From the IMG/VR virus record IMGVR_UViG_3300033552_000007, positions 1-58,634 of that record: a DNA stretch of 58,634 nucleotides; one strand, written 5' to 3'. Within the stretch, counting starts at the first letter, position 1. Each line of letters starts with the position of its first letter. This DNA is from a virus (Duplodnaviria; Caudoviricetes). The notes beneath the pieces were generated by a model that did no database searches, was not told the DNA's origin, and was given only the letters and a program-made list of their open reading frames with translations. Made by a program: the position numbers and the translations under genes. This document shows, in pieces, positions 35,515 through 45,270 of the stretch.

Positions 35515-37599
35515 ATGAAAAAATATCTATTCGGCTTATTGATGGCAATTGGTATTACCGCGCAAGCGGCTGTACCAACTATTAAAATTACAGCCGCCAA
35601 CACAGTATTAAAAAAAGACCAAACGACATTGGTCACCATTGTAGTAAGTGAAGCATTAAGCGGATTTACTTTATCTGATTTAATTTTATCGGCTGGCGGC
35701 GCGCTTACTACCGATGCGGGTGGCGCAACCGCCGCTACTAATTTAACAGTGGCTAATCCAACTACTTATACCGTTTACTATAAAAAAACAGCAGATACGA
35801 TGCCATCAACTATTATCGTTGATGCTAAATCATACACAGCGGTATCAGACGGCGCGCTAGGTACATACGCGCAATTTGGCTTTAATCCTCAAATTACCTA
35901 TTACGAAGAAGGCGCAGGTGGCTTTTTAGTCAACAAAGTTCGCGCTAATCCTCAGCCAATCCGTTTAAGGGTAGGCGAACAATTAGTTAATTCTGCTGAT
36001 AACAGCCCAACTACAAAAACGTTTGAACGCTTTTACGTTATAAATAAAAATTCGTTTATGTCTGTGAATGATAAAACGTTATTTAGAGTGCAAACAGGCC
36101 AGCGCGTTATCGCTAAATTAAATCCTAGCCCAGCAGAGGCTTTAAATCATCAAGGCGTTCATCAACACTCTTCACTACAACCTAAAGGGGCTTATATCGA
36201 AATACGCACCCCTATTGGACATAATAGAATAAGGCTACAGCCGAGTAATGGCAACTGCAATTCTGATGCTAACGGTTTTTATAACACTGCCACTCTAAAC
36301 GGCAATATAAACTGTTTAAGTCAATTTGCATCACAACACCAAGGCGGCGGTGGCGAGTTTAGACTTAGTATTTCACCATCACATATTAACGCTGACGATC
36401 CTATTGTCTTTCCGAACCAACAAGGCAAAGCTCATACGCATTGTTACTTTGCCAATAAATCTGTTAATTACCAAACAACCAATGCGTCATTATTGCATGG
36501 AAGTGTTACGTCAGCGGCAGGGGGTATTATTAACCGTAGTGCATATTGGGCCCCCTGCGTAATTGATACGGCGATAGATACTATTTTGTACCCTACTGGC
36601 GGTAATTTCTATTACAAATCAAGTACAACAATTGACATGACAAAGCCTATTCCTCAAGGATTGATTGGCATTGCTGGTAATCCAGCAGGAACTAGTCTTG
36701 CAACTCGATTAGACGACACGCGTTATAATTGCGCCCCACGTCCGGGTAGTTCAGCGCCATACCTTACGTCTTATGGGGTAATGCCTAGTTGTTCTGGTAA
36801 AGATTATAATGACTTAAATTTGTTTGTAGGTTTCACTTCTTGTTTAGCCGCTGATGAAGCAGACCCAAGCAAAATTAAATTAGATTCCCCAAATCATCGT
36901 TCACATTGGCGGCCATTTAATGATCCACAAGCAAGTAATTTGCCTAATGGCTGTACGACTGCTTACCCACATAAGATAGCTAATTTAGTTCAAAACGTTC
37001 ATTACTACATTCCAAGAGCCGCCAATACTAGAACATGGCGATTAACCAGTGATAACTATAGCGCGTCTTTACCGAGCGGGGCTAGTTTGCACGCCGACTA
37101 TTGGGCTATGTGGAGTAAAACGCCTATTGACTGGATGGCCCGTTTAACGGAACAGTGCAACAACTCTGGCGCAGACTGCCATCAAGACTATTTCGGTCTT
37201 CACGCGGGTATCACCATTGCAAGCATTTCTGTGAGCGGCCAGACAGCAACAATTAATACTGTCAACCCTCACAAATTAACAATCAACAGTTCATTAAGGG
37301 TGCGCGTATCTGGAATCAGCGGCGTTGACGCGGCGCTTTATAATGTTGATAGGTCAAAAATTGAAAATCCACACTCATTAACCACGCCTAAAAAATTATT
37401 ACCTTACGGCTCACAGCCAGCAACTATAACTGGGTTAAATACTTTAACTTACACATTGCCGTCCGTACCTACAGACCTTTTGAAAGATGGTGCTGAGGTA
37501 ACAGGATCTTTATTGCAGTGGGGGGAACGCATGTTACCAACAGCCGACGTGTTTCCTGGTGAAGTTGAATATAACTCATTTTATTACGGCGGTAACTAA
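35515..37599 (+). CDS. Signal-peptide protein: Ig-like domain + DUF1996 + beta-barrel C-domain
   Basis: MKKYLFGLLMAIGITAQA; DDPIVFPNQQGKAHTHCYF, NRSAYWAP, IAGNP and SLHADYW DUF1996 motifs. Confidence 0.75.
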   Translation: MKKYLFGLLMAIGITAQAAVPTIKITAANTVLKKDQTTLVTIVVSEALSGFTLSDLILSAGGALTTDAGGATAATNLTVANPTTYTVYYKKTADTMPSTIIVDAKSYTAVSDGALGTYAQFGFNPQITYYEEGAGGFLVNKVRANPQPIRLRVGEQLVNSADNSPTTKTFERFYVINKNSFMSVNDKTLFRVQTGQRVIAKLNPSPAEALNHQGVHQHSSLQPKGAYIEIRTPIGHNRIRLQPSNGNCNSDANGFYNTATLNGNINCLSQFASQHQGGGGEFRLSISPSHINADDPIVFPNQQGKAHTHCYFANKSVNYQTTNASLLHGSVTSAAGGIINRSAYWAPCVIDTAIDTILYPTGGNFYYKSSTTIDMTKPIPQGLIGIAGNPAGTSLATRLDDTRYNCAPRPGSSAPYLTSYGVMPSCSGKDYNDLNLFVGFTSCLAADEADPSKIKLDSPNHRSHWRPFNDPQASNLPNGCTTAYPHKIANLVQNVHYYIPRAANTRTWRLTSDNYSASLPSGASLHADYWAMWSKTPIDWMARLTEQCNNSGADCHQDYFGLHAGITIASISVSGQTATINTVNPHKLTINSSLRVRVSGISGVDAALYNVDRSKIENPHSLTTPKKLLPYGSQPATITGLNTLTYTLPSVPTDLLKDGAEVTGSLLQWGERMLPTADVFPGEVEYNSFYYGGN

Positions 37600-37667
37600 T
37601 GAAAAAACCACATATCTGCCAGCATCGTATTGAACAAATCTTTGCGTTTTACAAAAAAAGTACATGA
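37599..37667 (+). CDS. 22-aa bridging mini-ORF (not in ORF track)
   Basis: TAATG overlap at its start and ATGA overlap at its end. Confidence 0.4.
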   Translation: MKKPHICQHRIEQIFAFYKKST

Positions 37668-39505
37668 CAACCTATGTGATTAATGCCTTCGGTGGAATGG
37701 TGCCGATGGCTTCACCACGTCTGTTAGATACGCGATATGCGACAAAAGCTGTCAATATCAATCTAACGTCTGGTGAGGCCAAGCCTTTACGCGCGCCATT
37801 GCAAATTGGTAACAATATTTTAAGCAAGGTGGGCGTTAAGAAAAGCATTTACCGCTTCGGCCAAGATAGAACCGAGCTTGATTATTGGTTTCACTGGCTA
37901 ACTGATGTGGACGTGGTGCGCGGTAGTATTGCAGACGATACGACAGAGCGCACCTATTTCACGGGTGACGGTGTACCAAAATACACCTATTCACCAATAG
38001 CGGTTCAAGGTGGAACGACCAATTACCCGTTTGCTTCATTTACGCTTGGTGTGATTAAGCCAGACTTGCAAACACTCAATTTAAGTGTGGCAAATCGTGT
38101 CGTTAATTCAATCTCTTTTTCTGGCACTACGGCAACGGCTTTAACGGCATTAGCGCATAAATTAATTACAGGTAGCAAAGCCAACACGTTTGGCGCGACT
38201 GATCCACTTTATAACGGCACGTTTACTGTCACGGTTATTTCGCCTACGCAATACAGCTACACCATGACGGCGGCACCTACAGCCAACGCCAATGGAATAT
38301 TGCGCATGAACTATGGCGGACTACCAGAAAGCCGCGTTTATGCGGTTTCGTATGTGTCTGCTTTAGGTGAAGAGGGCGCGCCAGCCATTACAAGCGGTTT
38401 TATTGAAGTGATCGGGGGCCAGATAGTCACGTTAAACAATATACCGACAGCACCAACAGGCAATTATAACTACGCTAAGAAACGTATTTATCGTACTGCT
38501 ACAGGTTCAGTGCAAACAACCTTGCAATTTGTGGGGGAGGTGGCGCTTGCTATCACTACATTTGTTGATGATAAAAACGGTACAGAGTTAGGCGAAGTTA
38601 TCCCTTCATTAGCTTATGAACAGCCGCCAGCTAATTTAACAAACTTAATCCAGTTCAGTAACGGCATGATGGCAGGCTTATCCGGCAATCAATGTTGTAT
38701 CTGTGTGCCGTATCAGCCGCACGCATGGCCGATTGCTGGGCGTTATTCATTCAACGTTAAGCCCGTGGCATTGGGTTCGTTCGGTAATTCGGTTGTAGTC
38801 TTAACCGAAGGCGTGCCAATTGTCTTAACCGGTTCAAGCTTTGATGCGATGTCAGAAGATAAGGTTAAGGTAGGCCAGCCGTGCGTATCATCGCGCAGCG
38901 TGGTTGAATTAGCCAATGGCGTGATGTGGGCCAGTAACGAGGGCCTAGCGTTTATGAGCAACAGCGGCTTTGAATTAGCCACTAAAACACGCTTTACTAA
39001 TCGTGAGTGGGCGCAATACAAGCCAACTACTATCCGTGCTTATCGCTGGGTGAATCGTTATGTGGGCTTCTACGATACAGGCTTAAAGCAAGGCGGCTTT
39101 GTATTTGATGCTTTTACCCTAGACTTCTTTGAGTTGGATTTTTACGCTACAGCAGGTTATACAGACCCACGAAACGGCGAGCTATACCTAGCCATTGGTA
39201 ACAATGTGCTAAAAATGGACGCCGGCGCTAACTTAAAAATGGAGTGGATCAGCAAAGAATTTGAATCAAGCAAGCCGATTAACTTAGCTTATGCCAAAGT
39301 AGTGGCCAGTGATTATCCTGCAACCTTTAATTTATACGCCGATAAAGCGCTTAAATTTACCAAGCAAGTGGCTAACGATCTGCCTTTTGCATTGCCAAGC
39401 GGCTATAAAACGTCTAACTATAAAATTGGCGTAGTCAGTCAATTTGAAGTTAAAGGCTTTGGCGCTGCTGAAAGTATGGAAGAAATCAAGCAGGCGGTTG
39501 AATAA
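37664..39505 (+). CDS. Tail nozzle / tubular protein B (Bcep22-type)
   Basis: FGGMVP...PRLL; ESRVYAVSYVS..GEE; PYQPHAWP; CVSSRS beta-propeller-like features. Confidence 0.8.
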   Translation: MTTYVINAFGGMVPMASPRLLDTRYATKAVNINLTSGEAKPLRAPLQIGNNILSKVGVKKSIYRFGQDRTELDYWFHWLTDVDVVRGSIADDTTERTYFTGDGVPKYTYSPIAVQGGTTNYPFASFTLGVIKPDLQTLNLSVANRVVNSISFSGTTATALTALAHKLITGSKANTFGATDPLYNGTFTVTVISPTQYSYTMTAAPTANANGILRMNYGGLPESRVYAVSYVSALGEEGAPAITSGFIEVIGGQIVTLNNIPTAPTGNYNYAKKRIYRTATGSVQTTLQFVGEVALAITTFVDDKNGTELGEVIPSLAYEQPPANLTNLIQFSNGMMAGLSGNQCCICVPYQPHAWPIAGRYSFNVKPVALGSFGNSVVVLTEGVPIVLTGSSFDAMSEDKVKVGQPCVSSRSVVELANGVMWASNEGLAFMSNSGFELATKTRFTNREWAQYKPTTIRAYRWVNRYVGFYDTGLKQGGFVFDAFTLDFFELDFYATAGYTDPRNGELYLAIGNNVLKMDAGANLKMEWISKEFESSKPINLAYAKVVASDYPATFNLYADKALKFTKQVANDLPFALPSGYKTSNYKIGVVSQFEVKGFGAAESMEEIKQAVE

Positions 39506-41163
39506 TGGATGATCTAAACAGCCCAGAACCATTACTGCCAAGCATTACATCGCTAGACGGTATTACTGATCCGGTAGTTAAGAAAGCATTACAGGCGATT
39601 AAAGAAGCGCTTGAAGTACGACTAGGCCAACGTCCGCGCGCGAGCGTGTACGATAAAGCCTTAACGTTGCGCGACATGTACAGGTACAACCTTGCCAGCT
39701 TCACCGTAAATGGCCAGCAAATCATTAACCCGCAGCCCGATAACAGTATGGTTTCGCCCGTGGGAGGTAGTGGTGGCGAATCCGACACAGAACCGGTAGG
39801 GATTGACACATCAATACCAAGCGCGCTGGTGGGCCTAGTTGCCACAGGCACTAAATTGGCCGTGTTGCTTGAATGGACTAAGGGTACATCAAAAGGTTAT
39901 ACCGAAATTCACCGTTCTGGCGTGAATGACATTGGCACAGCCGTTTTAATTGGTACCAGTGATGCCACGCTATACGGTGACATTATTGGGCAAACGGGCG
40001 TTACGTTCTTTTACTGGATTCGCTTTGTATCAACAGCCAACATTGTAGGGCCGTTCAACTCATTAAGCGGCACTACAGCGACAACAGGGCAGATCGGCAG
40101 CAACGATTTAATTAGCGTAGATGGCGCCAAGATTATTGATGCCACCATTTTAAACGCCAAGATATTAACCGTTGATGCCAGCAAGATACGTACAGGCCAG
40201 CTTCTAGCCACTGAATCCATACAGGTAGGTGAATCACTCACCCGTTTATTTATTCAAGGCACAGGCATTATCCGTAGCGCTGGCATGCTGGATTATCTAA
40301 ATGGTAGTGGCTTTTATTTGCGCGCGCTGTCTGGTACGGCGCAGTTTAGTGTTGGTAACGGAACCAATTATATTGGCTTTGATGGTAATAACATTGTTAT
40401 ACAAACGCCGAACTTTCAATTAACCAATAGTAGCCTCACTTTTAACGGTAGCGGTACGTTTGCAGGCAACTTATCGGCGGTGAATGGTACGTTAGCTAAC
40501 TTGCGCATTAATGCAGGAGGCGCGATTAACAGCGGCGCTTTCACTGGCTACGCATGGCCGCCAGCAGGCGGAGTAGGTTTTCATTTAGGCACAGAAGGTT
40601 TGTTGCTAGGCAATGTAAACAACAATCGCTATATCCAATTCACAAAAAACGGTGAATTTTACATGGGGAATGGCACGACTAACCTTGTGTCAGACGCTAA
40701 CGGACTGGTTGTTAATGGCCCGTTGATTGCTACTAACAATGTGTTGAATGATGCGATTACCAGAACAACAGCGGTTGAAACAGCAGCAAGCGTTACCTTA
40801 ACGACAGCCGCTTCTCAAGTGCAGGCGTTAGGCATTACCACTACAGGACTAAAAGTGTTAATTCTATGTAGCGTAAATTGCGAAACAGCAATGAGCAGCA
40901 ATCACTTTGGCCATATATTATTTGATTTATTAATGGATGGTGGCGTGATTACATCAACAACAGGGGGCCGATTAAAAGGTTCGCCAACAGGAACAACAGG
41001 CATTTTTGAAGGTTCAGCAGGTGGCGCCGTATCTTTTGTATTCTCACATGCTCCGCCTGCGGGCGGACATACCTATTCAGTCAATGCCAGAAAAACAGCC
41101 GATGGATCACTTGTTGCAACGGTTTCACACCGCAACCTGTTCGCCATGGAAATTAAACGATGA
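39505..41163 (+). CDS. Tail tip / host-specificity fibre (FN3 + J-like segments)
   Basis: YTEIHRS..ND...A.LIG...YWIRFV...GPFN; IIDATILNAKI. Confidence 0.75.
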   Translation: MDDLNSPEPLLPSITSLDGITDPVVKKALQAIKEALEVRLGQRPRASVYDKALTLRDMYRYNLASFTVNGQQIINPQPDNSMVSPVGGSGGESDTEPVGIDTSIPSALVGLVATGTKLAVLLEWTKGTSKGYTEIHRSGVNDIGTAVLIGTSDATLYGDIIGQTGVTFFYWIRFVSTANIVGPFNSLSGTTATTGQIGSNDLISVDGAKIIDATILNAKILTVDASKIRTGQLLATESIQVGESLTRLFIQGTGIIRSAGMLDYLNGSGFYLRALSGTAQFSVGNGTNYIGFDGNNIVIQTPNFQLTNSSLTFNGSGTFAGNLSAVNGTLANLRINAGGAINSGAFTGYAWPPAGGVGFHLGTEGLLLGNVNNNRYIQFTKNGEFYMGNGTTNLVSDANGLVVNGPLIATNNVLNDAITRTTAVETAASVTLTTAASQVQALGITTTGLKVLILCSVNCETAMSSNHFGHILFDLLMDGGVITSTTGGRLKGSPTGTTGIFEGSAGGAVSFVFSHAPPAGGHTYSVNARKTADGSLVATVSHRNLFAMEIKR

Positions 41164-41720
41164 AAAACTTTATTGTCTATTCGGTTACAGGTGAAATTAT
41201 TAGGACGGGCAGTTGTTCGGACGATGACCTTGAATTGCAAGCAGGCGTAAATCAGCTTGTGATTGAAGGCGAAGCCAACGATTCTAAACAAATGATCGCC
41301 AACGGTTTTGTTGTGAATAAGCCGCCAGTTAAGCCGCTGCCATTTAACATTGAAGCCGCGCGCGCCATTAAAACCATTGAGATAGTGCAAGCATGTGAAG
41401 TGCATATTGTTTCTGGGTTCTCAAGTAACGCACTAGGCCTGGTTCATTTCTACCCCAGCAACCGTGACGATCAATTAAATTTAAGCGGCACAGTACAACG
41501 CAGCATGTTAGCAGGCGTATTGCCAGCAGACGTATTTTTATTCTTGTGCATGAACGTGGTTAGCGAATGGAATTACAGGCCACACGACATTAGCCAGATT
41601 CAACAAGTAGGCAAAGACGCGTATAGCCATATTCTCAATTCGCGGATTAAGAACGCCACGTTGCAAGCACAGGCTAGCGCGGCAATCAATCAAGCGGCAT
41701 TGGACTTAATCAAATGGTAA
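41160..41720 (+). CDS. Tail fibre assembly / DUF4376-like protein
   Basis: TGEIIRTG N-terminus; GFSSNALG..HFYPS...DQLNL; ends IKW. Confidence 0.7.
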   Translation: MKNFIVYSVTGEIIRTGSCSDDDLELQAGVNQLVIEGEANDSKQMIANGFVVNKPPVKPLPFNIEAARAIKTIEIVQACEVHIVSGFSSNALGLVHFYPSNRDDQLNLSGTVQRSMLAGVLPADVFLFLCMNVVSEWNYRPHDISQIQQVGKDAYSHILNSRIKNATLQAQASAAINQAALDLIKW

Positions 41721-41796
41721 TCAAGCAGCTTCGTAAAGAATACCAAGTCCGCATTTACGCGGATTTTTTTTTGAATATAGAACGTAAAATTAACCC

Positions 41797-42225
41797 GTGA
41801 TTACAGGCAACCAAAAACAAGAGTATTTGGATATGTTTAACGCGGTATTGGGCCTTAATTTAGATCTGGCCGATTTAAAAATGCTGACTGATATTGACGC
41901 ACACGGCAAGCCATTAGCCGTAGTTGGGTTTTTTAACAGCAGTCAATACAACCTTGAAATGTCTATAGCCAGCGTTACCGGCTGGACGGGTACACGATTT
42001 TTTGCCAAAGCCTGTTTTGATTACGCCTTTAACCGTTGTGGCGCTATGCGTATTACTTGTTACGCGCGCGAAAGCAACGTGAAGTCTATCTACTTTCAAA
42101 CAAGATTAGGATTTAAACGTGAGTTTAGTGGAGTGCTAAAGCACTGGTTTGGTAAAGAAGATGGAGTTCAATTTTTCATGTTGAAAAAAAATTGTAAATG
42201 GTTAAAGGAAACTAAAAAATGTTAA
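41797..42225 (+). CDS. GNAT-fold protein (T7 gp13 / P22 gp14 position)
   Basis: FDYAFNRCGAMRIT...N.KS...RLGFKRE. Confidence 0.75.
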   Translation: MITGNQKQEYLDMFNAVLGLNLDLADLKMLTDIDAHGKPLAVVGFFNSSQYNLEMSIASVTGWTGTRFFAKACFDYAFNRCGAMRITCYARESNVKSIYFQTRLGFKREFSGVLKHWFGKEDGVQFFMLKKNCKWLKETKKC

Positions 42226-43391
42226 GAAATTGGGTATTAGAGATTGCGTTTTCATGGCTAACCAACTACATGGGCGAGTGTGGATTCATTTTATACAAAG
42301 GCCCAAAAGCGCCTAGGACTGATCCAAACGTTGGATTAGCCGCTTTAGAAAACGCCAAGCTAGGTAAAGAGTATTTAGACTTTACCAAGCAAAGCTATAA
42401 AGAGGACGCGCCTAACCGTGACCGTATTAACGCCCTTGCCATTGAAGTGCAAGAAGGCTTTATCAAAGACAGCAATCTTAATCGCACGGATGCCGAAGAT
42501 TACCGCAACTACAATCAAACAGTATTTAGGCCGCTTGAAAAAGACATTGTTAATAATGCCAATGAGTATGACACCGCAGGCAGGCGCGAAGCCGAAGCGG
42601 CCAAAGGATTATCCGATGTAAGGCAGTCGTTTGACAATCAGCGTGATATGACCATGCGCAATAACGAGCGCGCCGGTATTAATCCAAACAGCGGCAATGC
42701 CATGGCTTTGACACAGCAAATGGACGTGCAAGAAGCAATTGCTGGCGCGGACGCGATGAACAAAGGCCGCACCCGTGCCGAAATGACAGGCAACGCCATG
42801 AAAATGGACGCCGCTAGTTTAGGCCGCAATCTACCAAGCAACCAAGCACAGAGTATGCAAATGGCAGGGCAGGCAGCAACAGGCGCAGTCAATACCGAGT
42901 TTTCTAATTCAGCTAACAATCGTGCAGGTTTAAGCATTATTGGATCAGGTTATAACCGTGCCATGGAAGGCTACAGCCAACAAGCCAATATTTTACAGAA
43001 TCAATACAACGGCAAGGTGAGCGCTTACAACGCGCAACAATCGGGTGGCGGTTTAAGTGGCATTGGTTCAATCATTGGTGCAGGCGCCAGCCTTTATACA
43101 GCACTTAAAGACGGTGGCGAAGTTGAGCCGCAACCAGAAGGATTGGCCTTAGTTGGGCCTAACGAACCTATAGCGCATGAAGGTACGGGCGAAGTTGAAG
43201 GCGCCGGCACGCACACCAGCGATTCTATTCTAGCCAAGTTGAGCAATGAGGAATTTGTACTTAACGCTGGCACGCAAAAATTAAGCAAGGAACAGATTAT
43301 TGCAGCCGCTAAGAAAACAAAGTCAAGCGCTGGATTAAAGGTGCTTGAATCAATAAACAATGCAGGCTTAAAGTTCAGAGAGGCTAATTAA
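42219..43391 (+). CDS. Ejection / pilot protein
   Basis: KGPKAP.TDP N-terminus, Gly-rich hydrophobic segment, TSDSI.AKLSNEEFVL motif. Confidence 0.7.
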   Translation: MLRNWVLEIAFSWLTNYMGECGFILYKGPKAPRTDPNVGLAALENAKLGKEYLDFTKQSYKEDAPNRDRINALAIEVQEGFIKDSNLNRTDAEDYRNYNQTVFRPLEKDIVNNANEYDTAGRREAEAAKGLSDVRQSFDNQRDMTMRNNERAGINPNSGNAMALTQQMDVQEAIAGADAMNKGRTRAEMTGNAMKMDAASLGRNLPSNQAQSMQMAGQAATGAVNTEFSNSANNRAGLSIIGSGYNRAMEGYSQQANILQNQYNGKVSAYNAQQSGGGLSGIGSIIGAGASLYTALKDGGEVEPQPEGLALVGPNEPIAHEGTGEVEGAGTHTSDSILAKLSNEEFVLNAGTQKLSKEQIIAAAKKTKSSAGLKVLESINNAGLKFREAN

Positions 43392-43392
43392 T

Positions 43393-45258
43393 ATGGGCGG
43401 TTTTCTACAAGGATTAGGGCAGATTGCAGAAGGTGCAATGAAAGGTTTTGAATTTGCCGAGAACATGAAAGAAAAAGTATCAACACGTAGAGAAAAGGCC
43501 AGGCGTGCAGACGTTGAAAAGCAATCTAGGGAAGCCGCTAAAAATGGCGAGATCATTTACGAAGATTACGGCCAAAATATTCAATCAGCCGGCACACAGT
43601 TTGCCGCGCCTGCCGCAAAGCCTTCTGCTAATAGCGACTATTCAAGCAGCATGGGCGGCCTTGATTTTATGGACGGTGCCAACAGTGCGGACGTGCAAGT
43701 AACTGCCTTAAAAAATGGTGGCATGGTGCGGAAGTATGCCGAGGGTGGCTTAGTCAGTATGGCCGCAGACCCAGAAGGCGTTTCGTATAAAACGAATATG
43801 GCCGCAGGTTTAAGCGCTGTTCAACCGACTGAACCCGTACAGCAAGCCCAGCCGGCAGAACAAGCCGCCACTCAAGCCCCAGAAGGCCAAGGCGCGCAAC
43901 GTAAAATTGATTTTGGCCGCACGCAATCTAACAAGCTTAACGCCGCACGCGATAAAGCGCTTGAACTAGGCGACTTTGAATTAGCGTCTGAATATCAGCA
44001 AGCGGGTTTCACAGTGCGCGATAACTTGTTTAAAAAAGGCTTGCCCATGGCGCAGCAAGTATTTGCCAAAACGGGTGATGTAACTGGCTACATTAAGCTT
44101 TATAACGACACGCACGATGATGGTTATAACGTGCAAGGCCACACCCAAAACGCCGATGGTAGTTATGCCTTAAAAATGCGCCAACCAAACGGCAGTGTGC
44201 AAGATATGAATATGACATCAGAGGAAATGAATCAGATGGTGTATCAGTTAAGCAACCCAGCCGCGCGCCATGCCGGTGAAATGGAAGTGTTGCAACTCAA
44301 GGCCAAATTAAAAATAGAAACAGACGCAAAAGTTGATCAGAAAAATCGTGAAAATGTCACGCTTGGTAAAGACCAGAAATTAGTTAGTGGTGAAGGTAAA
44401 GAAATTGCAAGCAACATGGTATCTGGCAGCATGGAGGACGTAAAAACCGTTACAGGCGGCTACTTGAAAAAAGGCCCGAACGGACAGCCAGAATTTGTGC
44501 GCACGGATAACAAAGCGCCAACCGATTATGAGCTGTATCAACAAGACCCAGTTAAATACAAGGATTTTAAAAACTCGGGCAATAAAGGTGATGGCGGCAA
44601 ACAGCGAATGGATAATTACAAGTATCTAAACGAGTTGGCGGTAAATGAATTTGGTCAAACAAATGAATTAACTGGCAAGAAAGAAACCACGGAAGAAGTG
44701 CGAAAAATTACCCGTACAGCCCAACGATTGATTGACGCCAACCCTGACCTGCCGCCACAAACTATTCTTACTATCGCTAAAGACGGTAAAGATATTTTTG
44801 AGAAACGAAGGATGCCAAACGGCGAAATAGTAAAAGTGCAAGTGATTCAACATAATGGCGTCACTTACCCATACTCAAATGCAGTAGCCGAGCCGGTTAA
44901 GAAAACCGAAGCCAGCAAACCTAGCCAGCCAGCAACTAAAAGCGAAGCGCCTACTAAAGCGCTACCACCCGCACAGTTACGCCAAACCAAACCCGCCGGT
45001 TTAAGCGTAATGAGCGAAGCGCAAGCCGATGAAGTGATGACGCCAACAGCCAGCGCCCCAGACTTGCAAGCTAATGGTGATGAAACCAGAAAGGCGATGG
45101 ATGAATTGCGCCAAATGGGTACCGTGGATTTAATGAATCGTCAAAGAGATTTGCAAGGTTTAATCAAGTCTGGCCGAGCTAGTAAAGATGCCAAGATGAT
45201 GCTAGATAACGTTACCAAAATGCTAGAAATCAAACGATCAAAAGCGGCACTTAAATAA
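43393..45258 (+). CDS. Ejection / internal virion protein
   Basis: MGGFLQGLG N-terminus; position before the giant gene. Confidence 0.65.
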   Translation: MGGFLQGLGQIAEGAMKGFEFAENMKEKVSTRREKARRADVEKQSREAAKNGEIIYEDYGQNIQSAGTQFAAPAAKPSANSDYSSSMGGLDFMDGANSADVQVTALKNGGMVRKYAEGGLVSMAADPEGVSYKTNMAAGLSAVQPTEPVQQAQPAEQAATQAPEGQGAQRKIDFGRTQSNKLNAARDKALELGDFELASEYQQAGFTVRDNLFKKGLPMAQQVFAKTGDVTGYIKLYNDTHDDGYNVQGHTQNADGSYALKMRQPNGSVQDMNMTSEEMNQMVYQLSNPAARHAGEMEVLQLKAKLKIETDAKVDQKNRENVTLGKDQKLVSGEGKEIASNMVSGSMEDVKTVTGGYLKKGPNGQPEFVRTDNKAPTDYELYQQDPVKYKDFKNSGNKGDGGKQRMDNYKYLNELAVNEFGQTNELTGKKETTEEVRKITRTAQRLIDANPDLPPQTILTIAKDGKDIFEKRRMPNGEIVKVQVIQHNGVTYPYSNAVAEPVKKTEASKPSQPATKSEAPTKALPPAQLRQTKPAGLSVMSEAQADEVMTPTASAPDLQANGDETRKAMDELRQMGTVDLMNRQRDLQGLIKSGRASKDAKMMLDNVTKMLEIKRSKAALK

Positions 45259-45270
45259 ATAAGGATAGCA

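Noticed and set aside
29110-41720. Diversity-generating retroelement or invertible tail-fibre switch
   Set aside because: No reverse transcriptase or invertase and no TR/VR pair seen; the cadherin repeats diverge at all bases, not only adenines
20010-45000. Many minus-strand ORFs opposite the structural genes
   Set aside because: Antisense shadows of strongly coding plus-strand genes; no RBS or motifs
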